From NCBI RefSeq assembly GCF_036321535.1, contig NC_087437.1, positions 114,888,001-114,952,000 of the forward strand: DNA of 64,000 bases, in the 5' to 3' direction. The translations under genes were made by a program, and so were the position numbers. Source of the DNA: Camelus dromedarius. Lineage: Eukaryota. The notes beneath the pieces are model-generated. The model was not told the DNA's origin. It was given only the letters and a program-made list of their open reading frames with translations, and made no database searches. Positions within the stretch are counted from its first letter, which is position 1; each line of letters starts with the position of its first letter. Shown piece by piece: positions 1 through 12,305 of this stretch.

Positions 1-589
1 ACTCCATTTGATAGCTCTTCTACATCTAGGTACCTCAGGGCAGTTTTAGTAATTCCAGTGGAGGCAGAATTTGAGGTGCCCTAAAGTATGTGGTTTGCCA
101 ACAATCATCCTCTCATCTGGAGGGACGGCCAAACCCCCTCTGAGCTGGGGTTTCTCGGGTGGCATCTGGAACGTTGGTCCCTGGCACGTGAGTGCACAGT
201 GCTTGTCCCACTTCTGCCCTTTCCACACACCTGGCCCCAGTTCCTGTCTCCTCTCCAGCAGGGGCCCTGGACCATCTGCTCCCACTTCCATGGTCCTCCC
301 AGGTCCATCCTGTGGGTCTCAGTCCTTACTCCTGGCCTTCTCCAGTCCTTGGTAACCCGTCCCCAGGGCCCTGCTCTATCCTCTCAGCTCCTTCCCTATG
401 CCAGCCACGGCCACCATGCTGGGTGGGACGCACGTGCCCCCAGCTCACTCCCCACAGAGATGGTGGAGGGCTGGGCAGCAACCCCGCTGAAGGGCAAACA
501 GCTCCTCTGAGTTGCTACCTAGGCATTCACAGTGTGATCGCCCTGCTCACACCGAGTCTGGACATTCAGATTGCGGCTGGAGGTTAGGA

Positions 590-870
590 TTCCCACCCCA
601 AGTTCCCTCCCGCTTCACCTTTCCTGGGGCACCTTTCCCAGGAGAAAAGTGAGCAACTGCGCCCCCCACCTCCTAAGTCACAGGTGCCTGCCGTCCCGCT
701 CACTGTGACCTGGGACGGACAACGGCCCTTCCTCCGGCTCGTAGCACCCTTCCTTTTCTGGGCTCTGTAAGTAATAAATCTTGTCACTTTACTTCCTTTG
801 TGTGAAGATACTGTAACTGCGCCTTGGATCTAAATGACCCGGGGTTTTTACTTCCCCAGAGCGAGAGTTC
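590..870 (+). mobile_element. Possible ancient ERVL-type LTR remnant (family not identified)
   Basis: LTR-like 3' arrangement 'ctctgtaagtAATAAAtcttgtcacttt...' after pyrimidine-rich sequence; no TSD seen; boundaries approximate. Confidence 0.25.
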
Positions 871-1004
871 AGATGCCAAGGCAGCGACCTGCCAACCCCG
901 TGTGGGTGGATTGCGCCTCCTCATTCAGCGGATCACCGTCTGTCCATTCTTGACCTAATACACTAGCCCCGGCCTCCCAACCCCTCCCCCCACCTCCACC
1001 CCGG

Positions 1005-1387
1005 CCAGTTCATGTCCACCCAGAGCCCCAGAATGTGACCTGATTGGAAAACAGTACCCTGGCAGACGTAAGGAGTTAAGAGGAGGCTGTACTGGAGAAG
1101 GGTGGGCCCCTAATCTACTGTGCAGATGTCCTCAGAAGGAGGCTCTATAGAGACAGAGGGACACACCGAGGGAGAAGGCCACGTGAAGGTGGAGGCAGAG
1201 GTGTGGGTGATGCCTCTACACAGCCAAAGCCAGGGGTTGCCATCAGCCACCAGAGGCTCCTGGAGAAGCTTCCAGAAGGAGCCAGCCCTGCAGACTGTGG
1301 TCTCCAGAACCGTGAGGCAATAACTGTGTGTTGCTTAAACTGCCTGCTCGGCCCCATTTGTTTCAGCAGTGCCAGGAAACTAACACA
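1005..1387 (+). mobile_element. MaLR solo LTR, MLT1B/C-like
   Basis: Diagnostic blocks 'ttcatgtccaccc..agaatgtgacctgattggaaa', 'ggccacgtgaaggtggaggcagag', 'gtctccagaaccgtgag' and terminal 'ggaaactaacaca'. Confidence 0.85.
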
Positions 1388-3819
1388 GGGACCCGACGGG
1401 CCGGCCGACCTCCCCGGCCTCCCCGCAGGGAGGAAGCACAGGACCCCAGTGAGACTTCCAAGCAGACATGCTGTTTACCCTCAGACAGGCTTCATCCCCG
1501 GAGCCGCATCCTCGCACAAGCTGACCAGCGGGACTCTGTCCTAAGCCCACCTTTGTACTTAGCGCTCTTTCTAGGTGTCCAGTTCTCTGATCTCCCTCTT
1601 CAGCCCACAGACTGGCTCCCAGCTTTGGGCCGGGTACCACCTCAGGTAGGGCAAACGGTGATGGACTGCAGCCACACGCCATTTAGGGAGGGGATGGGTC
1701 CTGGCAGTCAGGGAAGCTGCTTTTCTGACCTGAGTCTGAGATACCACTGGGGCAGGGGGGGACCTCTGAACCAGCTCTGTCATAACCACCTCTCCAGGAG
1801 ACCTGAGATGTGCCAGATCCCTCCGGGGACCACACACCGGGGGACAAATTTTCACATGAAAAGAGAAAATTCCCCTATGCTGTTGGAGATCGCTGAGACA
1901 GACAGCAGCTCCGTTCACGTTCACCCATTTCTGTCCTGTCAGCCAAGATGAGCGTTCAGCACGACCCCGAGTGTCCTGTCCTGCCTTCCTGGTTGCAGAC
2001 AAGCCATCCTTCATGGCTGCTGTTTTCATCATTTTTAAAGGACTGGTGGGGTGAAGGGGAACAAGGAAGGAGGTTGTCTCATATGAGATTTCTACAGTTT
2101 GCTAACAGTAAAAAAAAAAAAAAAAAAAATGGGGGAAGTGATAAAGTTACTACTTTCATCCGTCATCCACCCCGAAACATTTGCAACTGATTATGCTGTT
2201 CAGAGCTGGCACTGAGTCCCGGGGTACTCTTGTGAGCAGCCCGTGGGCATGAGCCAAATGCAGGAAAGCTAGAAGGTACCTCTAAAGTACGTTCAGAAGA
2301 GAAATTCTCCCAGGTAATAAAAAAAGATATGGAGACCAGTAGTTGCTTTTCTCAGCAGCAAAACATCCAGCGTTGCTTTAAAAGTAAGAATAAAATCAAA
2401 GGGTTCTAGCAATTGTACAAATACAAGTACTTTTGCTGCTTCAAATGGACTTTCTGAACCCACCCCATCATCATGAAAAGATGTTCCCTGGGGACAAGTG
2501 CGCTGATGGTTGTGTCGACTGGGGGGACTTGTGGGTGCTTGGGCTCTGGGCTGCCCTCATGGCCAAGCCCAGCTGACCTGCTACAGGACTCATTCTCCTA
2601 AAAGGGCCATGCATGACATCTGCTGGAAATCACTGCCCCAGATGCTGCCACTCTGGCCTTCTAGAAAAGGCCGTGACTGAATTGGATTAAGACTCCTGCC
2701 TGAGCCAAAAAACAAACAAACAAACAAACAAAAAAACCCCTACTTTTGGCCTGACTAGTTTTTATTGACTTCGGAAATAAACAAAATTCGAGTCCCTATC
2801 ACAGAATGAGATGAAAACAAAGCACCTCACTGAGCTGGAAAGGGAACTCTGTATTTCCTAAAATGCATATCCTGGGATGCCCGCCGTCCTCGGAGCAGCA
2901 CAGTCCCTGCTTTGAAGCCTGTCTCCCTGCTGGAAGGAAGCCTTGTTCCTCTCCCTTCCTTGCACTGAGCTGGACCACCTCCTGCTGTGCGGGTTCTGCC
3001 TGATTCTGGGACTGAGGCTGAGGACGGCGCCGCTGGGAGGACTCCCTTCGAGCTGACAGGGGGAGCTGGCAGTGCCTGCTGTGGTCTTACATCTTCCTTC
3101 CGTGGCCTCCTGCTTTCCTGAAGTAAGAGGTGCAGGGGCAAGGGGAAGGTGAGGATGAAAGGTGATGGTGGGGGAGTGCATTTCAACACAGTGGTGGTCG
3201 GCAGCTCCTGTGGGACAGATGCCCGGGGGTCTCCGGCCCAGCCGCTGCTCCTGGGCCCATGCAGGATGCACCTCCCAGCACTTTTCTGCTTGATGCCCCT
3301 TCCTGGGCCAGTACTCGGCGCCCCTGACAGCCCAGCCCTGCGCCCCAGAGCCTCTTCTCCCCGTTTCCTGCCCCTCCTTCCCCAGAGCCCTGGAGACGTC
3401 TCAGGAGGGGCCAGGCTTGGCTGTGCTGAGTGAGGGAGGCAAGTGAGTGGCACCCCCTCCCTTGTGGTCAGTCAGCCTCCCCAACCAGGGGCAGGATGCT
3501 GGGCTCACTGGCAGGATCCTCCTACTGTCAATAGCACCTGGAGGAAGGTATTCTCACTCCAGTCCCAGTTAAGGCCACTGTGTCCAAGAGGGTGAGGAAA
3601 CACGGCCAGACACACCATTCCAACCCAAGCCCTCTTCAAAGTACAGTAATGACCACCCTTCCTTCAAGAACACTGACTGCTTCCAGGGGCGAGCCTGGTC
3701 CCTGCACTCCAGCCACACAGACCCTGCCTCCAAAGGTGGACATGTGTGTGCAGAGCTGCAACAGAGGGTTAGAGGTGCCCCACGGGGCAGAGAGCGGGGT
3801 GGATAAAGGGCCAGGGAAT

Positions 3820-4005
3820 AACATAAATGGCTGCCTATAGTAAAGTGCTTGGTTCGAACCAGGCCAGCCTTGTTCTGAGTGTTGCACTCACTCATTCCTC
3901 ACCACATTCATAGGAGAGAGATGCTGTCATTCTTGCCATTTCACAGATGGGGAACGTGGGGCACAGAGAGGTTCAGAAACTTGCCCGAAGTCACACAGCT
4001 GAGAT
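3820..4005 (-). mobile_element. MIR SINE
   Basis: Reverse MIR core 'ccatttcacagatggggaacgtggggcacagagaggttcagaaacttgcccgaagtcacacagct'. Confidence 0.85.
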
Positions 4006-4359
4006 CTGAGGTTCTACCCACTACATTCCAGTGTTTCCTGCAGGACTAGGATATCTGACCTTCCCAACTATGGTTATGTTCCTTGAGGGCAGGGGAGCCC
4101 TGTTTTTCCCCCACAGGAGGTATTATCACCCGGGAAGCACTTACTAAATCCTGAGTGTGTTCTGCCCCTACCTGCTCAGGATCAAGGGGCCTGAGGCAGC
4201 CTCGGGGGAGAGATCTGCAAAATCTGACCTGATCCCATAACCTTCTCCAATTCTGAAGCCTCCCCCAAATCACAGACACAAATGCCTTCCTCCATGTTTA
4301 GAGGACAACTTCATTTGCTGGGTACCCCGCTCACTGTGGGGCCCCTGAGGGCAACCGTC

Positions 4360-4452
4360 GGCCTCTCTTATATCCCCTGGGGTACCCAAGGCCAGCCAGA
4401 GGCCTGACAGGCCATGAGCCACGGGCAGATATTCGTCAAATGAACGAATGAA
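4360..4452 (+). mobile_element. L2 3' end fragment
   Basis: Ends in L2-type tail 'gatattcgtcaaatgaacgaatgaa'. Confidence 0.5.
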
Positions 4453-5130
4453 CACCTCTCTATCTCTGCCCCACTCCAAGATGCCCGCGGTGTTGCTTTT
4501 CTGGAACACCCGTAACAACTCCGCCTAACAGAGTGAGGGCTGCTTCTCTCCTATTTGGAATATATTAGGAGGGGTTTCAAATAAATTGCCAAGACACAGC
4601 AGGCTCAAACCGCATGGCTTTGCCAGAAGTCACTGGAGAATATGAGCCGGCAGAGGGGCTGCGAGCCGGTGACCCTCACGCGCACTTCTCAGCGCAGGAA
4701 TCTGTCCCAAGGAGAGTAGGATTTGGCTCCCTATTAGGCTTCAAAACAGAACGTATCAACGATTTAGTCTCATTAAGTTGTAAGAAAACAGGCAACGTGT
4801 TCCAAGGTCGTAAGTTTTCTCCAACGTTCAAACGTTTCCAATGTTTTGTAAAACCGGAGAGGGGCAGGAGCCTCCCTGGGGCTTGCGGGGGTGATGGATA
4901 TATGTGGAGTTTGTGAGGAACTTTTCCAGCCGTCTTAGAAGCCAGCTCATTACAGCTCCGTGGGCTCCAGGCGGTTTCTCTTAGTCCCGAGTAAAGGCTG
5001 GCCAGTTGGTGTGTGTGACAATCTCCAAAGACTTCTAGGTCCCACCTGGCATTTTCAGCTTTAACAGAAGCTTTTGAAACTGCAAATGTAGACACACACA
5101 GCCAGGCTTCCCCTGCTTTTCTGTAGGTCG

Positions 5131-5176
5131 GCGTGTGTGTGTGTGTGCTCGCGCGAGCACGCACGCGAACACGTAC
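5131..5176. repeat. (GT)n/CG alternating purine-pyrimidine tract with perfect 16-bp palindrome
   Basis: gcgtgtgtgtgtgtgtgctcgcgcgagcacgcacgcg...; GTGCTCGCGCGAGCAC (5145-5160) equals its own reverse complement. Confidence 0.9.
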
Positions 5177-5764
5177 AGGTCACTCTGCACAGCAGATACG
5201 ATGTTGGCAGCACTGCCCCGGGGATAAGGAATTTGAAGAAGCTTTGCTTTGATCATTTCCCATCCCTCATCTCTGGTTTTATCTCCAGAGAAGTCACTCC
5301 ACAAACATCAGCCTCAAATCACAGTGCTCCTCTAGGACACCTTGCAGGGGTCCAAGCTGTCTGGTCGATGGTGAGTAATTTCATTACTTCACATCCTGAT
5401 GCTGAGTGCGGCTGCCTGGCTTATCGGCAGGCGGGTGAGGGCGGCAGCTGCAGCTCACCTCGGGGGCCCTTTCGTCTTCCCCTTTGCAGTTCTCAGCACA
5501 AAGGGACTTGGCACTTGCTTCTCTGAAGTCCTCAATTGAAAAAGTATGTTCTCCAGTATTTTTTAGTTAAACCAGCCTGCATTACAAGTAGGAGAATTTT
5601 CCCTTTTGATCAGACTCACCTCTTTGGTCTTCGGAGGTGAAGTCTACACAGTGACACAGAAATGGGGAGGGTGCTGCCCTGGGTGGCCGTGGACCCTCCG
5701 GTCCACTCAATCGAGTCCCTTTGCTTGGGGTCTCATGGCCAGCAGGCTAAGGGGGTGGTCAGAA

Positions 5765-5975
5765 GCCCGCAGCTTTTGAGTCCAATAGACCTGGCTTGAC
5801 AACCTAGCTGAGCCCCTTCCAGGCGTGTGATCTTTGGCAAATTCCCCAAGTCAGCTCTCTGTGGGCTCCTCCCTCTGTGTGGAGACAGATGTTGGTCTCG
5901 GCAGGTGGCTCTTAGCATGGACGGGGATGACCAATAGAAAAGCACATAGAACAGCGTCTTGTCAATGAGGTCACA
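5765..5975 (+). mobile_element. MIR SINE, diverged
   Basis: 'ttttgagtccaatagacctggcttg..cctagct..gtgtgatctttggcaaatt' and 3' 'aaagcacatagaacagcgtcttg' follow MIR consensus order. Confidence 0.6.
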
Positions 5976-6394
5976 TCTTCAAACCCTGCAGCCTGTTTCA
6001 AAACCCCATGCTAGTTACCTCTTAGAATGCACCCCCTGGGGGGTTCACATTGCCTGGGCAAATGCACCTCTTGTGGGGGTTCAGGCACCCTGGGGGTGGG
6101 GTGGGATGCTCCCTAAGAGGACAAAGACGCCAGGGCCTTCCTCTGAGCTCCTCTGCACGTGTGTTCCCTGAAGGTACCACATGACCTGGGGCCAAAAGGA
6201 AGCCCTGAGAGATGCAGCGGAGGTAAAAATGGGAAAATATTCATTCTCATTATAATTCAGATGTGCCGGAAATTGCCACGGTTCTTCTTTATTTTTTTCT
6301 AAAATGAATCTGATCCTCCTCTGTAAGTCCCTACTCACTGGACTGAAGGGAAAAAATATATTTAGTCTGGTTTAAAACCTAGTGCCCGATCAGC

Positions 6395-6700
6395 CAGTGC
6401 TTCCCAGACTGTCTCTGGTAAAGAGACCCTTTTTTTTTGTTTTTCATTTCCAACCAGTTGAAGGTAATTTCATAAAATCCAGGAGAAATGGATTACCGGA
6501 AAATAAAATTTACTAATATATACAAAGAACAAGCCAAATTTTTTTATGATTGATTTCTGTAAACATGATGAAATTATCCCGTCAAATTACTACAAGAGCT
6601 TCTGAACGTCTACCCTCCGTGTTAATGCTTCTGTGATCCCATGCCAGTACAAACAGCTTGGGAATCCACCCCAGTCCGCAGGCCCACTCTGAGTGGCACT
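6395..6700. mobile_element. hAT-Charlie non-autonomous DNA transposon (MER119/Charlie7-like)
   Basis: TIR-like ends 'cagtgcttcccagact' and 'ccagtccgcaggcccactctgagtggcact' around an AT-rich interior. Confidence 0.55.
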
Positions 6701-8809
6701 AATTTAAACAGCGTCCAAAGGTGTAATTTGACCTGTCTTGATTGCATCCTCACCCCGTTGCCCCCTCCAAGGTGGCATCTGGGCAGATGGAGAAAAGAGG
6801 GGGGCTAATGTGCCCCTGGGACGTTGTGGGAGGCAACCGGCACTAACACACGTCCATGGGTGGGGCTGGTTGTCCCCCACGGCGGGTGGAGTTGGCCAGC
6901 TGATATCCATGGCCGATGAAACCAAAGTCTATTCCTTCCTGACCAGGCAGGACCATGTGGCCAGTCCCATGGCTCGTGATGGGGCAGGGAACCCTCTGGG
7001 ATTCTGCTGTGGCGTCCATCTGCCTCTGGACACCTCCAGAGGCAGGTCACTTAGCTCTCACCATAATGGCCACTTGGCAGACCCTCCGCCACTCAGCGGA
7101 GCTACCTAGTGGCCTCAGTCTAATGCCACTAGACACTCCCTACCAGTAGTGCCCCTCCTTCCTCTTGGTTTCTCAAGGGCCCTCTGTGTTTGTAAGGAAC
7201 CACCCAGCAGAGTGATGTCCCCCAAACAAAGAGCACAGCATGAACCCCTCTGCCTTCTACATTCTCTTCAGCTTAGCAAATGCACACCCCTCTCGCTGAG
7301 TCTCTGCCAGGAGAGGAGAGTGGGGACCCACACATCTCACCACTAACTCCTCCTTCTGCTGGGTGCCTGTGTCCCACAGTCCTCCAGGGCTGGAAGGAGC
7401 GGACACCACTCTCTCCTTCCTTCTGAATATAAATCTCTGTGACTTATTCCTCCACACCTGGCTCTTGGTATGCCAATGGAAAAAAACACTTGAAGAAATC
7501 CTTTCTCCACCTGACTTTCGAGTTTATTGTTTTGCTGCAAAATCCTACTTTGAATGGCAGAAGCTAAATATTATTTTTTTCACTTTCTTTGCAATCCCTG
7601 CATGATTCTCTCAATCTCTTGAGGCATGAAAATGCAGTGAAGAATGACATCATCATCATCATCATCTCTGGGAGGTAACACATCATCTAGCTAATATTTT
7701 CATGAGGATACGTTCTCTGATTAATCCACCTGCACCCATTTTCATGTAGGGAGACAAAGCCTGCAGGAACAGGACTGGGATGGACAGGGTTTGATGGGGG
7801 TGGGACGTCAGGGACAGGGAGGCTTTCCATGGGGCCGACATTGGCCCTTTTAGCAAACCCGAGTCACCAGAAGGAGAACAGGAGGAGCTGCAGCAAAGAG
7901 GTGGGACCCGAAGGGAAACAGGAAAAGCACAAAGATTCACCCACTTCATAAATCTACTCCAGTCCATCCTTCAGCTAAATTCCAAACTTACTTGCACTTT
8001 CTGGGTCTAAAAACACAACAGAACTTCTCTGGAGCATTCCTGAGGGGAAGGGCCCATTTTCCTCCCTGTCGTAAAGCCCACCAGTTCACCCCACGTGTCC
8101 CTTGTATTTATGCTTCATTCACCAGTCTCGCTTTCAAAAAATAATTTTCAGTAACCTCTAAAGAAATGCTTTCTCTCCTATCTCTAAAATATTCAGATGA
8201 CCCACTGCCCATTCTTTCTGCACGAACAAATTCTACCTGGCCCCTTTCCTGCCTGGCGAGTAAGCAGGGACCGTGGAGGACAGACACTTGACTTGTTCTC
8301 AGAGAAACGTCTGTTTGTCAAGACGTGTAGTTTTGCGGTGAGCCCGCTGGCCTGGGAATTCTAATAACCCTGGCTTCACGGGTAATTTGGGGTAAGTTAT
8401 TCGTTCTGTTCTTCATTTAGCTCCTCTGCAAAATGGGGCAAATAATAACACAGCATGATTTCGAAGCCATCACAAGCTGATGGGAATGAAAGTGGTCACC
8501 TTCTTCTAACCATGAACTCGGGGCCTGCACAAACGTGGAAGGAAATGTTATCATTCTTCAGGGGACTCGGATTTCATGAAGAGCTCCATGTTTTACTAAT
8601 TTTTTTTTAATAAAAGAAGTAAAGAAAAAAATAAATGACTGCCACCTGGGATACGTGGGTAACATTCTCTGTTGCTTCCTAGAGCAAGCAGAGTGCCACA
8701 CTGCTTTAGAAAGTCAGCTACAGGGCAGATCTGAAGGGCTTCATCAGGACTGTTTGCAGGTACAATAGGAAAAATATCGCGGCCAGGCATCATTTGGATT
8801 TTAAATTCT

Positions 8810-9101
8810 CTTTTTAAATTAACTTATTTTTAAATAGAAGTATAGTTGATTTACAATGTTTCAGGTATACAGCAAAGTGATTTAGTTTTATATATATATA
8901 AAATATATATTATTTTCCAGATTCTTATCCATTATAGATTATTACAAGATATTGACTATAGTTCCCTGTACTATACAGGAGGTCCTTGTTGTTTATCCAT
9001 TTTATATACAGTAGTGTATATCTGTTGATCCCACATTTTAAATTTATCTCTCCCCTCCCCTTTCCCTTTTGGTAACCCTGAGTTTGTTTTCTATGTCTGT
9101 G
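8810..9101 (-). mobile_element. 5'-truncated L1 3' end with 15-bp TSD
   Basis: Reverse L1 3'UTR 'gaagtatagttgatttacaat..tatagttccctgtactatacag..gtttgttttctatgtctgtg'; exact TSD TGGATTTTAAATTCT at 8795-8809 and 9102-9116. Confidence 0.93.
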
Positions 9102-10424
9102 TGGATTTTAAATTCTAAATCACTACATGAAATATATGGTCTGGCTTAGGCTACTCAACTAGACACGTTGGCCTGGTTTCCCCGCTCCAGGGTTCTCTCC
9201 TAATAACCAACAGGAAAAAAAATTAAAAAGCAGGCCTTTTTCAGAGTTGCAAGTCACTGTGCTGTAAACATCGGTCTGAGGTTAGAATATTGAATTCCAT
9301 GAATATCAACAATCTGTCTTACCCCATTAATCACAGGTTTACCGTCCCCCCAGTCTCAGGAGCCGTGGGGCCGTCACTGATAATTCTCTGTCAAAGAGCA
9401 GTGTAACCATCTAGACGTGTGCTTCAAGAGCAATTTTCCCCCTTGTTGATGTTACGTAGGAAATGATTATTAGAAAATGTTGGCTCATGGGGTGCCTTGG
9501 AGGTTTGGGGAGGAGGCCTCACGCTGGGGAGGGTTGAGACGTGGGTGACACACAGGGCCCTTAGACAGGGCTCTGCAAACCCAAAGAGGTTCAGCAACTT
9601 ATTGGGTTGGGTCTCCTGGGGGACCTATTCCAGAGCAGGGATACGAATCATCCTCAAATCCACACCCTCTCCCCGGGCACTAAAATAACGCACTTGAATT
9701 ATGCTGTCAAGAGACAGGCGTTGGTTCAATTCTGGTTCCCCAAACTCTAAGGTAATGTTCCTCTTCCCTGGTGGGAAAGTACATTTGATGAACTTAAAAG
9801 CCACGTTTCTTAAGTCTGGTCTCCCTGTGGGATCCCCAGCCAGCTCCACCCTGTTCTTTGGGGTCCTTGGAAATACCCAAGACAATGCAGGTTGGGAACA
9901 TGTCTCCCTGGGAACAAAGCCTGACTCCAAATGGGGAGTCCAGGTCTGTGTTCAAGTTCCCCCAGGTCAGCACAGTTCTTTTCTGCATTCACATATGAAT
10001 CTTCCATTTAACAGTCTGTGTTATGTGTCAAGAAGGATGCTTGATTCTCCAAGTTAGGCATACATGCTCTGTGTGGGGCTTTAACATGTGGCCAAGGGTG
10101 GCAGGCATCAGGGAACTTCCAACGGTACCTAAGCCAAGCAGAGCTAGAGACCAAGGACACGGTTTTCAGTTTGGATACAGTAATCATTCGGGGAAGGAAA
10201 ACGATTGCACCTCTGACTTTGGTGTCCTTAAGATTACAAAACTACCAGAAAAACCCAATCCTAGAATCTAAACCAGATGTGGTCCCCCCCACCCCCCCTT
10301 TCCCTTGGCCATCACTGAGGAGAGAAGCTGGGGTGGAGTTACTTTGGTTAGTTCCCTCCAAAAAAAGTAATTCTAAAGTCACTTCCAGGGTGTTACCCTG
10401 AATACTTGGGTGACTTGTGGTTGC

Positions 10425-10856
10425 TGTGATAGGCAAGATAATTTCCCACCAAGGATATCCACATCGTAATCTCCAGAACCTGGGAATATGTCGTATTATT
10501 TGGCAAGGGTCAGTTAAGGCTGCTAACCAGCTGACCTTATAATATAACAAGATTATTGTGGGTTATCCAGGTGGACACAAGTGTAATCACAGAGGTCCTT
10601 TAACGTAGAGGACAGAGGCAGAGGTTCAGTGCCAGAGTGATGGCGTGTGAGAAAGACTACCGGCCGCTGCTGGCTTTGCTGATGGAAGAAGGGACCATAA
10701 GCCAAGGATGCAAGTGGAGAGAAAGCTAGAAGCTGGAAAAGGCAAGGAAATGGAGACCCATCTCTGGCCTCCAGAACTGTAAGATAATAAATTGGTGCTG
10801 TTTGAAGTCGCTCGGTTTCTGGTAATTTATGGCAGCAGCAGTAGGAAATGAACACA
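10425..10856 (+). mobile_element. MaLR solo LTR, MLT1D-like, with 5-bp TSD
   Basis: TG...CA termini; 'gggttatccaggtgg..gtaatcacagaggtcctt', 'agaagctggaaaaggcaaggaaatgga'; GTTGC duplicated at 10420-10424 and 10857-10861. Confidence 0.92.
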
Positions 10857-11199
10857 GTTGCCTCAGTATTTTCCTGTAATGGACACGAGTTCCAGGAGAA
10901 CTGGTTTTGCTGTTCTCAGAATCATGGCAAGTCAAGCGGGAACAGAGGTTCGGGGCAGCGGCTGGCTACGCCCAAGCACGTGTGTAAAAGCAGGAAAGGA
11001 TGGGTTTGAGGCAGCAGATGGGTAAGCGGTCTTGTCTCCCTGCCTGCCTCCTGCTGCGGCTTGTGAGGACAGGACACTCTCTCCCCGGTTCTTTTGAAAG
11101 GTGGCCATCCTGAACAAAGGGGCCATTGATTCTTCAGAAGCAGCCCTGCAATCTTCTTAGAGTAGAATGGTTTCCATTTTTCCAAATGCCTCTTTTAAA

Positions 11200-11358
11200 A
11201 AAATTATTTAAAAAAAGTTATTGTATTATTTAATTATTTTATTTTGGCAGTGGGGGAGGTAATTAGGTTTATTTATTTTTAGAGGAGGTACTGGGGATTG
11301 AACCCAGGACCTCGTGGATGCTAAGTATGCACTCTACCACTTGAGCTATAACCTCCCT
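11200..11358 (-). mobile_element. tRNA-Ala-derived camelid SINE (vic-1-like), long-tail form
   Basis: Minus strand reads GGGAGGTTATAGCTCAAGTGGTAGAGTGCATACTTAGCATCCACGAGGTCCTGGGTTCAATCCCCAGTACCTCC-TCTAAAAATAAATAAACCTAATTACCTCCCCC followed by an A-rich tail. Confidence 0.9.
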
Positions 11359-12194
11359 CCCACAAAAATTCATTTAATATGGAACCTTGCTTTGTTGGAA
11401 AGATCCCTAAGTTTCAGACGTCTGGTCCCAGTGGTAGCAAAGCATCTCCGCTATAGTGTCTGTCAATTTCCATGGTGTCAATGCTTCCACCGGGGCTGAT
11501 GTCAAGCTACCAACTCAGAGTCCCTGAATGCGGAGGTGGGACAAGATGTCCACCGTCCAGATCGGGCAGGCTCCAGCACACCCCGCAGTGTCCAGACTTC
11601 CCAAAAGGGCTGTTGACGTGGAGGGGCCCCGAGTTTTCAGAAAGCACAGCACACTTAACAGCGGTTTGACCCTCCCTGTAAACAGTGCTGTGGAGTCTTT
11701 CGCAGAAGTTATGCCTGCTTTACAGCAGATCCTGTAACTCAATTCCTGTAACATGGCCCTGCGGCAGCTTCTCGGGACCAAGGAGAATTTTGAAGGGCCA
11801 GAGAGTAGACTCACAAGCAGCTGTGAGCTGATTCAAGACACTGGTCACCAGTGGTCAAACCCAGTTTCAACTCCGGTATGGGCTTTCGAGAATTCTTTTT
11901 TCCTTTTTACAGTTATTCTTCAGTCTAGTCTGACTTTAGAAGGTTATTTGAAGACCACTGAAACCTGAAGCCATCCATCTCAGGAAAATTATTAAGAGAC
12001 TCTGATCACATTAGCAAGTCTCATTTTAGAGCCGTCACACCTGAGAGGACTAGGCAGTCTCGTTCCTATCACTGACTCTACGAGGTATATTAATCAATAA
12101 TTCAGCAAGAAATGCTTACACCAGTGTGTGGGATTTTAACACACGTATAGGTGATGTCATACGTACTTAATATTGACTGTAGACTTTCAATCAG

Positions 12195-12305
12195 TTGTAT
12201 GAGAAACGGAGGAAGAGTACCCACCTCATCGGACTGTTAGAGGAAGCAAGTTAATATTTGTTAAACACTTAGACTCACAGTAGGTGCTTTAGAAGTGTTT
12301 GCTGT
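12195..12305 (+). mobile_element. MIR 3' half
   Basis: 'agtacccacctcatcggactgttagagg..gttaatatttgttaaacacttaga..cacagtaggtgctt'. Confidence 0.6.
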
